Positions 9,701 to 17,693 are shown, counted from the stretch's first letter. The stretch is 64,000 nucleotides of DNA from Singulisphaera sp. GP187 (GCA_945861245.1 CAMAUE010000009.1:60-64059), one strand, 5' to 3'. Made by a program: numbers and translations. Notes: generated by a model not told the origin, from the sequence alone.

Positions 9701-10490
9701 CCCGTTCGTGAAGATAAGGCAGCCGTTTTGCTTTTTCCAACAGAGCGTCGCGTTCCTTGGTCTTCTTCGTTAGATTCAAGACAAACAATTTCTCGACGAG
9801 ATGCTGAGCCGCGGCATCGTAGGCTATCCGCAGTCGATCGCGTGTTGCGAGCAGGCGCCCGGCCGTGGCATTCTGGTCCATGCCGACGCAGAATTCTGCT
9901 TCGCGCGTCAACGCGCGATCGAGGTCGCGCAGCTTGTACAGCGATTCGTAACTGCGCGCGGCGATGACGTCGACGCCCGCCTGAATGCGAGAAGAGCCAG
10001 TTGCTTTGGCGAGAGTGAAATGGCGTTTCTCGGCAAAGGCGAGCGGAAATTCAGCAGGCGGGTTCCAATTCGGCGCAGTCGCTGACTTGACGAGGGAGGC
10101 GCGATCGTTCCGATCGACGGCAACAATCATGTCGAAAACGCTCGCCCAAAGATTGTTGGGCGCCAGTGCTTTCAATCGCTCAAGATCGTTGCGAAACGCC
10201 TCGTCGCGGGAACCCTTGGCCGCCAGTCTTCGCCAGCACACAGTTTCAAAACACGCGATGGTATGCTCATCGATGTTCTTCGGATTGGTCGCTATCGCAT
10301 CCCATTCAGCGGCGGCAAGATCACTCCGACCGTGTGCTCGCATCATTTCCGCGAGACCAACGTGGTGGTCCAGGCCGGGATGACGAGCGACCCAGTTCTT
10401 CACGTCGATGATTGCGGCGGGCGTCTGCGCGGAGCCGATCGTTGTCAGGCCAAACACGACTACGATGGCGAACATGCGAACAGTGAACAT
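3765..10490 (-). CDS. Giant alpha-2-macroglobulin family protein with intact thioester motif and a long N-terminal extension
   Basis: Single 2241-2265 aa ORF. Thioester motif GCIEQ within DYPYGCIEQTMSRFLP (nt 5088-5102). Signal peptide MFTVRMFAIVVVFGLTTIGSAQT starts at ATG 10490 (GGAGA about 8 nt upstream). The track start 10562 is a TTG overlapping the anti-sigma stop. Confidence 0.9.
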   Translation of the reverse strand: MFTVRMFAIVVVFGLTTIGSAQTPAAIIDVKNWVARHPGLDHHVGLAEMMRAHGRSDLAAAEWDAIATNPKNIDEHTIACFETVCWRRLAAKGSRDEAFRNDLERLKALAPNNLWASVFDMIVAVDRNDRASLVKSATAPNWNPPAEFPLAFAEKRHFTLAKATGSSRIQAGVDVIAARSYESLYKLRDLDRALTREAEFCVGMDQNATAGRLLATRDRLRIAYDAAAQHLVEKLFVLNLTKKTKERDALLEKAKRLPYLHEREKLAALLERMEEPRVWNDLIERLLRSELAVISTPPDVGIPDGRVMTDLRVQAKSKKVQGNIIEYRDGVMASFQSLSLKCDHLQVLHHDDGSPATLSAIGDVLVHGIRAYPAGVRAQRLVYTPESETFTLGGTVRLQTHGSTTKLESCSLSVLGDLRDARSLFDDFRNALSIDAKRGLLPRITRIYDDSELTDEVRFLLALDLLRPHLTWHAPYLPALPIHGRHASEEKVKVLDVHGFSPWQEAMTGEDWMYPDIPENVTEQYRSGLRSWYAKFTLNPQMKGIVPPDLPIPEPALAHWRLRNPRHADVVRAALLLSGVNEAKLSQKAQHWREELRRNNTVITFDIAGGAPAGADHSLLMDVRNTERVKFKLYRVDRPTELVHAASEIGTSFIYQDHHLDLNKEISILRDEMLKVHKNYARFKSRHGEFKMVAAPQWTGGQLISQWEADVAELPHHDNDSSRRHRHHRWWDEDRWHDEPDAHYFDDECHEYEDRMQKSYRPSRFGLSSWQCDRIVKIPGKHLAKAGAYVLMAEANGQIANVPIVVEPLSLTLRRCRDGVFVLAADAKNATPLVGAEIHANGLQAKAVTDKQGVAFAKVLGFGDRALIAHHQGRYAIGGFGAVFEGIYDAAPSDEPRMLKERMARSDRGLGKDIGGHIYSDRHVVIGYTDRPTYRPGQNVQFKLIVRKLEPPGQSTPQSESFRAQDFDAATKLSLPDLDQSLRFGALDPKGREVGSGHLKLSEFGTAAGKLTLNTECVLGAYTLRVTIAGEPRLVPDLFAVKEYRRPNFEVTIVGVPKKIAKSEALDLHIGGRYYFGSPVKAGEARVSLMRKNSQHAIIEKTAKLGDDGQAKLRLQMPRSLQPGNYVVVCAIVDESGRTVMHAIPTSVDDPAGLATTPLSDLPGFHPLAQPLIVTTRAKEIRVSQDLTDLRFLAKDGRASVKFPGAGWYTIQAGADETSIYIYAGNGDPRLHQAKWHERDRLDEIDNDDGLATSHKPKWVNLSDFSHETDRRLSKWERPTQHVIALFDRHTAAVNGKLRLLVYLPRPGAKVLFTFEGRTILDYHVWQSDAKAGRYQVVDLPIKERFYPNVYVQGRVLPGGVPAIRTLENLRERMKMQEQARKLLESDGDDAIDSRWCRVDVTNPTNALADPELRVTIDTDRTAYRPGDAVRARVAVTDAAGKPASAEVSLAAVDESVFAFGEDNLDALASIFSAPSEPRRFLPKPWRVSLGNRWSRAVLIEKRDLVELLKADLMQMAMQQQSAMKALEKTSSSLESGERRVPNFTLPPLPRLGGELPAGQIPLARLREHFQETATWMPQLHTNVDGIAQAVFTLPDSLTRYRLSAVALTKETRIGVGRSHITAGLPLAVQVFVPRFAVEKDRIEAVALIHNHTRVVSECSYAWEIAGTLAEFPKRLEGKIQVPANGSVKVVLPIVFDAVGSAKIMFRANTSQDADAEARTLPIHPIGKPMEVNANDPIAAAPQPKPGVKQVAGSFIREGRIALPAGFVADEIQISLASSNIAQALHGLDYLVDYPYGCIEQTMSRFLPVIMIKHAMHESGVQLQPDIEAKLPDILAKGLERVYSHQNASGSWGWFGGDSPNLSMTTYVVYGLGRCQAAGTRVDPHVLKKGCDFLHAELRKNTQDYELAARAWYSLAAAGHADRKELEAFGQKILTRSDMTDTASRTALACRLAGLPALSELLWKQAKAMSPWDTESTALLLKTQIAFGASYANCEQTAKMLLARRQGSRWHHTRDTSWALESLANMMAYLPAKGTLRGFRITSDGKTILDLGKADAKRSLFQRIRLTADQMPAREGLDLRLHADSDEPIFVAVRAVGVQREIDPKATGTRVRLSRQLEALDGKPITGPLTIGQVIRVRLRLDLQGAEEYLLVEERRPSLCEFADDRITGLAAQSAVHQEFRDDRLCVFFRNLPPGAHEIVYYLRAETIGQATHLRGIAFPMYNEKNRGETGGGKLEVTGTR
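5088..5102 (-). other. Thioester site codons (Gly-Cys-Ile-Glu-Gln) of the alpha-2-macroglobulin
   Basis: Plus-strand ttgctcgatgcagcc is the reverse complement of ggc tgc atc gag caa, in frame with the CDS. CxEQ is the hallmark of thioester-containing proteins. Confidence 0.85.
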
Positions 10491-10558
10491 GGTGGGATCT
10501 CCGAATACTGACGTGATTCCTATACTCACTCGCTGTGAGCGTGCGCGGACTTGAAGTG

Positions 10559-10939
10559 TCAATCCATGAACAACGCGAGATTTTCATCCAGGCGCACCAG
10601 CGGCTTCGCCACTACCGGCGCGATCGATGCGGAGCGCACGGCAAGACGAATTCGATCGTCAATCCCAACCTCGCCGGGTCGTTCGGCGACCATCGGCAAA
10701 TCGCGGCGCTGTGGGGCGTAGGTCAACGCATACCCGACTACCGCGATCACCACACTCGCCGCCAACACGCCGCCGATGATGCCGCTGCGCCATCGTTGTC
10801 GTCGATCGGCGCGATCCATCTCTGCTCGTATTCGTCCTTGCACTCGTTCCATGGCATCCGGTGGCAACGCCGGGATCGCTTGTTTCAAGTCAGCGGGCAA
10901 ATTTCCGAAATCATCCGGCAATTCCGTGTTCGCGTTCAT
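10559..10939 (-). CDS. Putative anti-sigma factor (single-pass membrane protein)
   Basis: 126 aa. Its start overlaps the sigma-factor stop (ATGA at 10936-10939). One TM helix (WRSGIIGGVLAASVVIAVVGYALTY) lies between a charged N-terminal part and a short C-terminal part. The call rests on position and topology only. Confidence 0.55.
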   Translation of the reverse strand: MNANTELPDDFGNLPADLKQAIPALPPDAMERVQGRIRAEMDRADRRQRWRSGIIGGVLAASVVIAVVGYALTYAPQRRDLPMVAERPGEVGIDDRIRLAVRSASIAPVVAKPLVRLDENLALFMD

Positions 10940-11433
10940 AGGACCTCCGTGGGTTCACGCAGCATCGTCCGAAGCTCATTCACCGCACGATGCACGCGCA
11001 CGCCGACGTTACTCACACTGATTCCCATCGCATCGGCAATCTCTTGATGGCTCAGATCGAAAAAAAACTTAAGCGAGAGGAGCTGTTGCTGTTTATCCGC
11101 AAGTTGGGCTACCGCGGTGTGCAGGCGTTCGTCCGCTTCCGCGCTCAGCATCTGCTCAAACGGCAGTGGATCGTGGGCCGTTGGTTCCTCCGAAATCGGA
11201 CGATGCGGGCATGCGCGATAGTGGCGAGACAACTCCGTGCGTACGATCGACCACAGCCAGGCGATTAGCGACCAGTTCTGTTGATGAATGTTGCGAACGA
11301 CACCCAGGAAGACGCGTGCAGTGATCTCCTCGGCCAGCTCGGCATCGCCTACGCGCAGCAGCACGTACCGCGATACGCCAGCACCGCAGCGAACGAACAA
11401 ATTCTCAATGCGTCGGCGTTCATCGTCCGTCAC
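10936..11433 (-). CDS. ECF-type RNA polymerase sigma-70 family factor
   Basis: 165 aa. Region 2-like AEEITARVFLGVVRNIHQQNWSLIAWLWSIVRTEL and region 4 HTH LSHQEIADAMGISVSNVGVRVHRAVNELR. Confidence 0.9.
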   Translation of the reverse strand: MTDDERRRIENLFVRCGAGVSRYVLLRVGDAELAEEITARVFLGVVRNIHQQNWSLIAWLWSIVRTELSRHYRACPHRPISEEPTAHDPLPFEQMLSAEADERLHTAVAQLADKQQQLLSLKFFFDLSHQEIADAMGISVSNVGVRVHRAVNELRTMLREPTEVL

Positions 11434-11534
11434 GCGTTAGATCTCCGCGATGTCGGTGGTTTGAAGGAAGAGCCGCGAGATACGGTTTCATTACAAATTT
11501 TCACCCAAAATTCTTGACATTTCTTGCCCGTCTC

Positions 11535-11715
11535 CATTCCAAGATAAACCACAGAGACACAGAGGCACAGAGAGAATGCGACGAATTGGGAGCTGAGGCA
11601 TTAGTGCTTTTTTGATTACGAATCATTCATTCGTAGAGAGCCGTTGCGCATCTTTTTAATGCTTTCCTATGTGTCTCTGGGGTTAATTTCATGTTGGTGG
11701 TCAGCGAGTAGTGTC
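11535..11715. repeat. Family E repeat (cacagaggcacagagag type), short copy
   Basis: aaccacagagacacagaggcacagagag on the left and ctatgtgtctctggggttaatttcatgttggtggtcagcgagtagtgtc on the right form an imperfect inverted pair. The right end closely matches the right end of the 54662-55015 element. Confidence 0.65.
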
Positions 11716-12064
11716 AATTTCTTTAAGCAATTTTTTTATCGGGCCGTTCGCCATTAGCCGGCGGCTATCGGCCGGACAGGATTCTTACATTCCTGAAAGC
11801 TGAGAACTGACATCTGATAATCCGAACCGGCAAAGGCCAAAGCTCCACGCGCGTTACCGAGAAAATCAGGGGAAAATCGCTACCTGCCGCGATGATCGCC
11901 TGTCAATCATTTTTTTCCTCACTGCTCTAATGTTCATCATCTTGCAACATTTTTCCGGAAATTTCTCTGGGATCAAACGACCGGATTGATTACCATAGAG
12001 GGCGTCATGGACGACACCTGGAGTCTTTTAGGAACAACATTGTTGTTTCAAGGAGGAGATCGAA

Positions 12065-12511
12065 ATGAGAACGCGTTACTTGGTTGTCGATGAAGGTGAG
12101 CAACTTCGGCTTATTTCACGGCGAGAAATGGAATCGATTTGGCGTGGTGAAATCTCCGCGGCGGACATTGGCTGCTTGACTCGCACCGAGCTTCGCATTG
12201 TCAGTGCTATTTGCGATCGGCGATTGGTCCCCGTGCAAATTTACCTGATGCGCATGCCGCTGTCCGAAGGCTGCTTCACGCGCAGCAACAGGCGAGCGTT
12301 ACGCAGCTTCATGATGCCCAATCGCGTGACGGTAGAAGAAATGTTTGATCACCACAGCGACGGTTGGCCCCGCGATTTCTTCCCGCAACTCGCAGTCGCG
12401 TTGGATGTGCCATGCAGAATGTTGAACGTTCCGTTCGGCATCGGTGGCCCGTTGATGCTCGCGGCGGCGCTATCCATCTCGCCCAAACGAGCGGCGCGGT
12501 TGCTACAATGA
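12065..12511 (+). CDS. Hypothetical protein (148 aa), no recognisable family
   Basis: ATG preceded by AGGAGGAG at proper spacing. The composition is protein-like. It sits after a ~630-bp repeat-containing intergenic region. Confidence 0.5.
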   Translation: MRTRYLVVDEGEQLRLISRREMESIWRGEISAADIGCLTRTELRIVSAICDRRLVPVQIYLMRMPLSEGCFTRSNRRALRSFMMPNRVTVEEMFDHHSDGWPRDFFPQLAVALDVPCRMLNVPFGIGGPLMLAAALSISPKRAARLLQ

Positions 12512-12595
12512 TGTTTGTTGAATACCCCAGGAATCGCTTCGTTCATCCTGGGGCTTGACTGACATTTTTTCTGCTAGGATTGCAACCACACCACC

Positions 12596-13477
12596 ATGCG
12601 AATCGCTGTCACCGCCGACATCCACTGGGGCCACGGAACGCGAGGCGACGAAGCTACGCGCCTGCTTGTGCAAACGCTCGAGGCCAATCCGCCTGATGTG
12701 CTGCTGCTTGGCGGTGACCTCGGCACGGCTGAGAAGTTCGCGATCTGCTTGCAACAATTCGCCCATTTACCATGTATCAAAGCCGTCGTTCCCGGCAATC
12801 ACGATCTCTGGGTTACCGAAAACGATTCTCGCGGCGATTCACTAAACGTTTATCAAGAGCACCTGCCGAACGTGTGCCGCGAATTTGGCTGTCACTTTCT
12901 CGACCATGAGCCGTTGGTCTTTCCCGAAGCCGACTTGGCCATCGTTGGTACTGTCAATTGGTATGACTATTCGTGGTCAATCGAACGGATGAAGGCGGAG
13001 ATTCCTGATTGGGAATGGCACCTTCAGAACAAGGCGTTTACGCGTGGCCGACACAACGACGGGCGCTTTGTCCGCTGGCCGACCGACGACGTACGCTTTA
13101 CTGCCGACATCGTGGCGCGATTTGAACAGCATCTCACACAGGCTCTGACGAAGGTTGCGAGCGTGATGGTGCTTACACATCATCCGGCGTTTGGCGGCAT
13201 CAGCTTTCCGCGTAAGTCACCACTTGCCGGCCTGGACCCATTGCTCTGGGCGGCGCTGTCGGGCAACACCGCGATCGAGGCGATTCTAACCCGCCATGCT
13301 GACCGCGTGCCTTATATTTTTTCAGGCCACACGCATCGGGCCATCGAGGCGAGACTCGGTATTTCACGAGGCTACAACATCGGCGGGGATTATCATTTCA
13401 AGCGCATGCTGATCGTCAATTGGCCGGCTGGCGCGATCGAAACGCACATCTTCGGCGATCCGGAGCGAGGAGGTTAG
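12596..13477 (+). CDS. Calcineurin-like metallophosphoesterase
   Basis: Motifs in order: TADIHWG (DxH), LLGGDLG (GD), VPGNHDLW (GNHD), LTHHP, FSGHTHR (GHTH). Confidence 0.85.
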   Translation: MRIAVTADIHWGHGTRGDEATRLLVQTLEANPPDVLLLGGDLGTAEKFAICLQQFAHLPCIKAVVPGNHDLWVTENDSRGDSLNVYQEHLPNVCREFGCHFLDHEPLVFPEADLAIVGTVNWYDYSWSIERMKAEIPDWEWHLQNKAFTRGRHNDGRFVRWPTDDVRFTADIVARFEQHLTQALTKVASVMVLTHHPAFGGISFPRKSPLAGLDPLLWAALSGNTAIEAILTRHADRVPYIFSGHTHRAIEARLGISRGYNIGGDYHFKRMLIVNWPAGAIETHIFGDPERGG

Positions 13478-13503
13478 CGGGTCCGACCAGCTTGATTTGC
13501 CAG

Positions 13504-13533
13504 GTCCGTGGGGCCAGGCTTTCCAGCCTGGCC
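13504..13533. repeat. Family D short hairpin repeat (ggccaggctttccagcctggcc)
   Basis: gtccgtggggccaggctttccagcctggcc. A near-identical copy lies at 53829-53856. A second small hairpin (ccaggctaaaacgcctgg) follows. Confidence 0.7.
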
Positions 13534-13655
13534 AGGCTAAAACGCCTGGCCTCACGAACCTATCAACTCTGCCTTATCGCACCGCTAGGTATCGTAATCA
13601 GCAACTTCGGCGCTCAGAAAGTCCATCGCGCAGAGCATGATGGCTACGGTGCCGA

Positions 13656-14069
13656 TCAAATATCCACAATTACTTCCGCTTCCCATTCGTCGCCGATCTT
13701 CTCGACGCGCAGGCCGTGATAAGTGATCGCTTTGACCTCGTGCTCAAGCACATGGCGGCTGCGATCGATCGGTTCGCCCCAGGCGCTGGCGGTCAGACCA
13801 GCGAGCGTGACGCGAACCTCGAACTTGCAGAAGAGTAGATGATCGGCATCGAGATGAAAGAGAAGCTGACGTAGCCAATCGAAGAACAGGAATTCGCGAT
13901 CGTCGCCCGCAATTTGGAAATCGACGCGCTGTGCGGGCTGCACGGTCAACGCTGCATTCTCGACGATCGCGCTGAACAGGCACTCGCCGGCTTCACGGAA
14001 AAGCGTGTCGAGATCGGCGGCGCGAACGCGCAGGCCCAGATCAGCGGTGTGCTCGAAGTGTTCGTGCAT
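13656..14069 (-). CDS. Archease family protein
   Basis: 137 aa. N-terminal FEHTADLGLRV (archease signature FEHTADxG) and C-terminal VKAITYHGLRVEKIGDEWEAEVIVDI. Confidence 0.85.
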   Translation of the reverse strand: MHEHFEHTADLGLRVRAADLDTLFREAGECLFSAIVENAALTVQPAQRVDFQIAGDDREFLFFDWLRQLLFHLDADHLLFCKFEVRVTLAGLTASAWGEPIDRSRHVLEHEVKAITYHGLRVEKIGDEWEAEVIVDI

Positions 14070-14132
14070 GATTTGATATTCAACTCCGTCAACGCGCTGT
14101 CGTGTTTCACTTTAGGTTCGCGGGGATATTGC

Positions 14133-14153
14133 GAGCGCTAAGCCGCACGCGGA
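14133..14153. repeat. Family A palindromic repeat, solitary half-site
   Basis: gagcgctaagccgcacgcgga matches the right arm of family A (gagcgctaagccgcaagcggaataca). No partner arm is adjacent. Confidence 0.55.
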
Positions 14154-14155
14154 TC

Positions 14156-14923
14156 TCACTTCGCCGCCATGCGTAGGGCGCCGTCGAGGCGGATGACTTC
14201 GCCGTTGAGCATTTCGTTTTCGATGCAATGGCAGACGAGAGCCGCGAATTCATCGGGCCGACCCAAGCGCGGCGGGAACGGCACCTGCTGCGCGAGCGAT
14301 TGTCTGGCGGGTTCGGGCAGGGCGGCGAGCAGCGGGGTATCGAAAAGGCCCGGCGCGACGGCCAACACGCGGATGCCATGCCGAGCGAATTCGCGTGCCA
14401 AGGGCAAGGTCATGCTGACGACGCCGCCCTTGGACGCGGCATACGCAGCTTGGCCGATCTGCCCGTCGAACGCCGCCACCGATGCCGTGCTGACGATGAC
14501 GCCGCGTTCGCCCGCACTCGTCGGCGTGCCACGCATCATGGCGGCGCTGGCGAATCGAATGACGTTGTAGGTGCCGACGAGGTTGATCTGAATCGTTTTG
14601 GCGAACGTCGTCAAGGCGTTCGGGCCTTCTTTGCCATGCACCTTCTCCGCCACCGCGATACCGGCACACTGGATAGACCCATGCAACCCGCCGAAGGTTC
14701 GCTCGGCAAGTGTGACGGCGTCGCGCACGCTGGTTTCGTCGGTAACGTCGGTGAGTGCGAAACGAGCCGGAGCGCCGAGTTCGGCTGCGAGCGATTCGCC
14801 GGCCGTGCGATTGACGTCAGCGATGACGACGGTCGCGCCATTCACCACTAGTCGGCGCACGCACGCCGCTCCAAGTCCGGACCCGCCGCCGCTTATCAGA
14901 AAGGTGTTACCGGAAATATTCAT
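14156..14923 (-). CDS. Short-chain dehydrogenase/reductase, 3-hydroxyacyl-CoA dehydrogenase type II-like
   Basis: Start taken at ATG 14923 ([20 protein letters not shown], a TGxxxGxG-type cofactor motif); catalytic YAASKGGV (YxxxK). The 48 extra N-terminal codons in the track ORF come from the family B palindrome at 15017-15105. Confidence 0.9.
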   Translation of the reverse strand: MNISGNTFLISGGGSGLGAACVRRLVVNGATVVIADVNRTAGESLAAELGAPARFALTDVTDETSVRDAVTLAERTFGGLHGSIQCAGIAVAEKVHGKEGPNALTTFAKTIQINLVGTYNVIRFASAAMMRGTPTSAGERGVIVSTASVAAFDGQIGQAAYAASKGGVVSMTLPLAREFARHGIRVLAVAPGLFDTPLLAALPEPARQSLAQQVPFPPRLGRPDEFAALVCHCIENEMLNGEVIRLDGALRMAAK

Positions 14924-15016
14924 GGTATCCTTCTCGTTTCCACGCGCCTGCGTCGCACTCAGGAAATGTAGCGAAACCAGGCGCGATGCGGAAAACTTCA
15001 ATGGGTGAGTTGCACG

Positions 15017-15105
15017 CTTTTCCGAGCCGCGACCGTCAGGGAGCGGCCGACGGGGTGTCGTGCGCACATTGTCGGCCGCTCCCTGACGGTCGCGGCTCGG
15101 AAAAG
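15017..15105. repeat. Family B 89-bp palindromic repeat, copy 1
   Basis: Perfect 35-nt arms cttttccgagccgcgaccgtcagggagcggccgac / gtcggccgctccctgacggtcgcggctcggaaaag around a 19-nt loop ggggtgtcgtgcgcacatt. Confidence 0.9.
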
Positions 15106-15152
15106 GTTCGATTCGTCCGAAAATGCGACATTTCCATCCGTGCGAAGTACAG

Positions 15153-16601
15153 TCAAATCCAATGCATCAGCAATCGTTCGAGCGTCGTCGTCCAGCAGGC
15201 GAGCGGCGTGTCCTCGGTGGTGAAGAGCGGCGCGGCGGCGTCGATCTCCAACGACGGGGCGTGGGCATCGAGCGTCAACCGCGCGACGTCGACGCCATCG
15301 ACATGCATCGCGTGTGGCGCTGCACTTGCGAGAAGCAGGTGGCAGAGACTGCGGCGCGAACGCAGTGCGGCATGCGTCGGCAGCTTGGCTGCGGGCATCG
15401 CCTGAATCGTCACGGTTCCGTTGTCGATCTGATCGCGAAAGAGCATCTCCAGCAATTCCTGCTCCGCGTCAAGGACATATTGGCCATCGGTCGAGATAAG
15501 AAATATTTCGTATGTCAACGAATCGGCCCGCAGCCAATCGATACTGCGATGGAGCGCGACGTACAGAAACGCCAGAAGCAGGATGATGCGTTGCCAGGGC
15601 AGTTCGACGTCCTTGTGCCGGCTGAGCGTCAAGTCGGGCCAAAGCGCGATGAGAAACGTACGGCGGCCGCGCAGAAACGTGTTCTCATCGCGTGCATAGT
15701 AGAGCAATTCGTCGCGCAGGAACTTGACGTCGAAAAGGTCCGGGCGGTCGTTCTTCTCCATGAACGCGAGTTGTGAATGAAGCAAGCTCTCGATGCTGCC
15801 CCGGGTGCTGAGTGACGAATAGCCGCCGACGGGGTAGAGATCGTCTTCGCGGATGTTGGTGGCGACATCATGCCGTCGGCCGACGGTGCGCGGCTTCTGC
15901 CGAGGCAGTCCGGACTCGAGCACGGCGGCGGCTTGCAACGTCTGCCGCAACGCAACGCGCTGTCCGAACGCGGCCACTGCAGTGCGGCGTTCCAGTTCAA
16001 AGACATCCTCGGCGCCAAGCAGATCGACGGCCTGGCGCATCGCCTGTACGATCTGTCGCTGAAAGTCGAGCAGCAACGGCATCGGCCCGACTCGATGAAA
16101 CGACTCGGTTGCCTCGGCCAACAGATCGTTGCCGTCAGTATCGCGCAGCGTCTTCAGAATACCCGGACTAAACTGCGTGCCAGGGATACCGACGCGATTC
16201 CGAAGTTGCGCGATAAGAAACGCCAGGCCACGAGCGCGATCCGCCGAGGCATACGTCCGCAGGGCGTCGCCAGCGCGTTCAAACATTGAGTCGGCAAGCA
16301 ACCTGCCTAATACGGTGTCGTCGTAGGCTCGTGTCAGCGTCGCCGGCCAACCCGCGATCTCGAGCGTTTCGGCATGAAGCGACGTGGCCGCTCGGAAGAC
16401 GGCATGTCCGATGTCCGCCACGAAGCCGAGTGGCGGGACCGGTTCGCCCTCGGCGGCGAGCGCCAGCGCCCAATCGAACACCGTGGCAATTATGTCCGCG
16501 CGTGGCGGAACGATCCGCTGCAGGCAGAACCCTTGCAACAGATACTGCCTCACGTCGGCGCGATCACGAATTTCTATCACTGGGGACATGCCGTACTCCA
16601 C
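15153..16601 (-). CDS. VWA-like partner protein of the adjacent AAA+ ATPase (ViaA-like, variant MIDAS)
   Basis: 482 aa, directly downstream of the ATPase on the same strand. The C-terminal half has VWA-like strand motifs [15 protein letters not shown] (DxTxS instead of DxSxS) and [11 protein letters not shown] (TDG). Start is GTG 16601 or ATG 16589. Assignment by eye only. Confidence 0.55.
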   Translation of the reverse strand: MEYGMSPVIEIRDRADVRQYLLQGFCLQRIVPPRADIIATVFDWALALAAEGEPVPPLGFVADIGHAVFRAATSLHAETLEIAGWPATLTRAYDDTVLGRLLADSMFERAGDALRTYASADRARGLAFLIAQLRNRVGIPGTQFSPGILKTLRDTDGNDLLAEATESFHRVGPMPLLLDFQRQIVQAMRQAVDLLGAEDVFELERRTAVAAFGQRVALRQTLQAAAVLESGLPRQKPRTVGRRHDVATNIREDDLYPVGGYSSLSTRGSIESLLHSQLAFMEKNDRPDLFDVKFLRDELLYYARDENTFLRGRRTFLIALWPDLTLSRHKDVELPWQRIILLLAFLYVALHRSIDWLRADSLTYEIFLISTDGQYVLDAEQELLEMLFRDQIDNGTVTIQAMPAAKLPTHAALRSRRSLCHLLLASAAPHAMHVDGVDVARLTLDAHAPSLEIDAAAPLFTTEDTPLACWTTTLERLLMHWI

Positions 16602-16608
16602 GCTTGGT

Positions 16609-16673
16609 GCTTGTTAGCCGGACGCGCAAGCGACGGTGAAGCGCCCCGTCGCTTGCGCGTCCGGCTAACAAGC
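16609..16673. repeat. 65-bp hairpin (ttgttagccggacgcgcaagcgacgg arms) between the AAA+ and VWA-like genes
   Basis: gcttgttagccggacgcgcaagcgacgg / ccgtcgcttgcgcgtccggctaacaagc, 28-nt perfect arms with a 9-nt loop. It fills most of the 87-nt gap between the two genes. Confidence 0.85.
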
Positions 16674-16688
16674 AAGTGGTTCGTTTTG

Positions 16689-17693
16689 CTATACGATGCC
16701 GAGTAGCTTCGGAACCTTGTCGCGCAGCAATGCCATTTCTTGATGCGTTTCGCCGAGGTAGGCGAGAAGGCGGAGGTCGTCGCGGGTGACGGCGCCGCCG
16801 GTGAATAGCCAGGAACGCACGCGGAAGAGCTTGTAGAGCTTCACGAGCTTGCGGTCGCTGATGAAGATGCGGTCTTCGCGCACGAGCGTCTTGACGAGCC
16901 GTTGAAATTCGCGAAACACGTCCGGCGGAAAAAATCGCGCGCGGTCTGTCGCTTCACCCTTGGCGCGCTGGCCGAACAGGTGCGTCAAGTAGCGATTCGC
17001 CTTCAGGACATCTTCCAATGTCGCGTGGCCTTCCTGCCAGGGTTTTTGGTTAAGGCCGCGATAGACCTCGGCTTGCAAGCCCGTGTCGATCAGCGCCTCA
17101 AAGTGCGCGTCCTGCACGCTCAGGCTTTCCGCTTTGAGGACGAAGCGATCCTTCAACGCCGCCAGTTCACCCTGCTCGGGCACCTCATTGGCGGCGGCGA
17201 AGAGCACACGCAATCGCACCGGCGTCGGCATGCCGTCCTGGTAGAACTTCTTCTCGTTTATGATCGTCAGCAGGATGTTCAGAATCGCTGAGTTCGATTT
17301 GAAGATCTCATCCAGAAACGCCAGCCGTGCCGTCGGCAGCTTGCCTTGCTCGCGGCGGATGTAGCGACCGTCACGCAGTTGATTGATGTCGATCGGGCCG
17401 ATTATTTCCGATGGCTCGGTGAAGCGCGTCAGCATGTATTCGAAGTAGTCGTCGTCCGCCAGGCCGAGCGCGTCCTTGAACTTCAGCACGAGATCCGACT
17501 TTGCCGTGCCCGGCGGTCCGACCAGAAGCAGCGGTTCCTGCGCGACGGCGGCCACGAGCATCAAGTCGATGAGGTCTTGCTTGGCGACAAAGAATCGGCT
17601 CAGCGACGTGCGGAAGCTCGCGAACTTTTTTCGCAACGACTCGGCTTCGTCCTGCAATTGCGCAAAGGGCCAATCCTCGGCTATCGGTTGCAT
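16689..17693 (-). CDS. MoxR/RavA-like AAA+ ATPase (short form, 334 aa)
   Basis: Walker A LLLVGPPGTAKS, Walker B RLAFLDEIFKS. SNSAILNILLTIINEKKF resembles the RavA/MoxR segment following Walker B. No C-terminal LARA-type extension. Confidence 0.85.
   Translation of the reverse strand: MQPIAEDWPFAQLQDEAESLRKKFASFRTSLSRFFVAKQDLIDLMLVAAVAQEPLLLVGPPGTAKSDLVLKFKDALGLADDDYFEYMLTRFTEPSEIIGPIDINQLRDGRYIRREQGKLPTARLAFLDEIFKSNSAILNILLTIINEKKFYQDGMPTPVRLRVLFAAANEVPEQGELAALKDRFVLKAESLSVQDAHFEALIDTGLQAEVYRGLNQKPWQEGHATLEDVLKANRYLTHLFGQRAKGEATDRARFFPPDVFREFQRLVKTLVREDRIFISDRKLVKLYKLFRVRSWLFTGGAVTRDDLRLLAYLGETHQEMALLRDKVPKLLGIV

Noticed and set aside
3690-10587. Dozens of plus-strand and alternative-frame ORFs (e.g. 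3690-4469, 5040-5618, 7935-8594, 9539-9967) overlapping the alpha-2-macroglobulin gene
   Set aside because: All lie inside one 2241-aa minus-strand ORF with a thioester motif and a signal peptide. Their translations are Arg/Ala/Gly/Pro-rich shadow sequences typical of off-frame reading in GC-rich DNA.
12525-12572. Hairpin ccccagga/tcctgggg after the 148-aa gene as an intrinsic terminator
   Set aside because: The stem is only 8 bp and the T-run starts about 12 nt after it. This is too weak to call.
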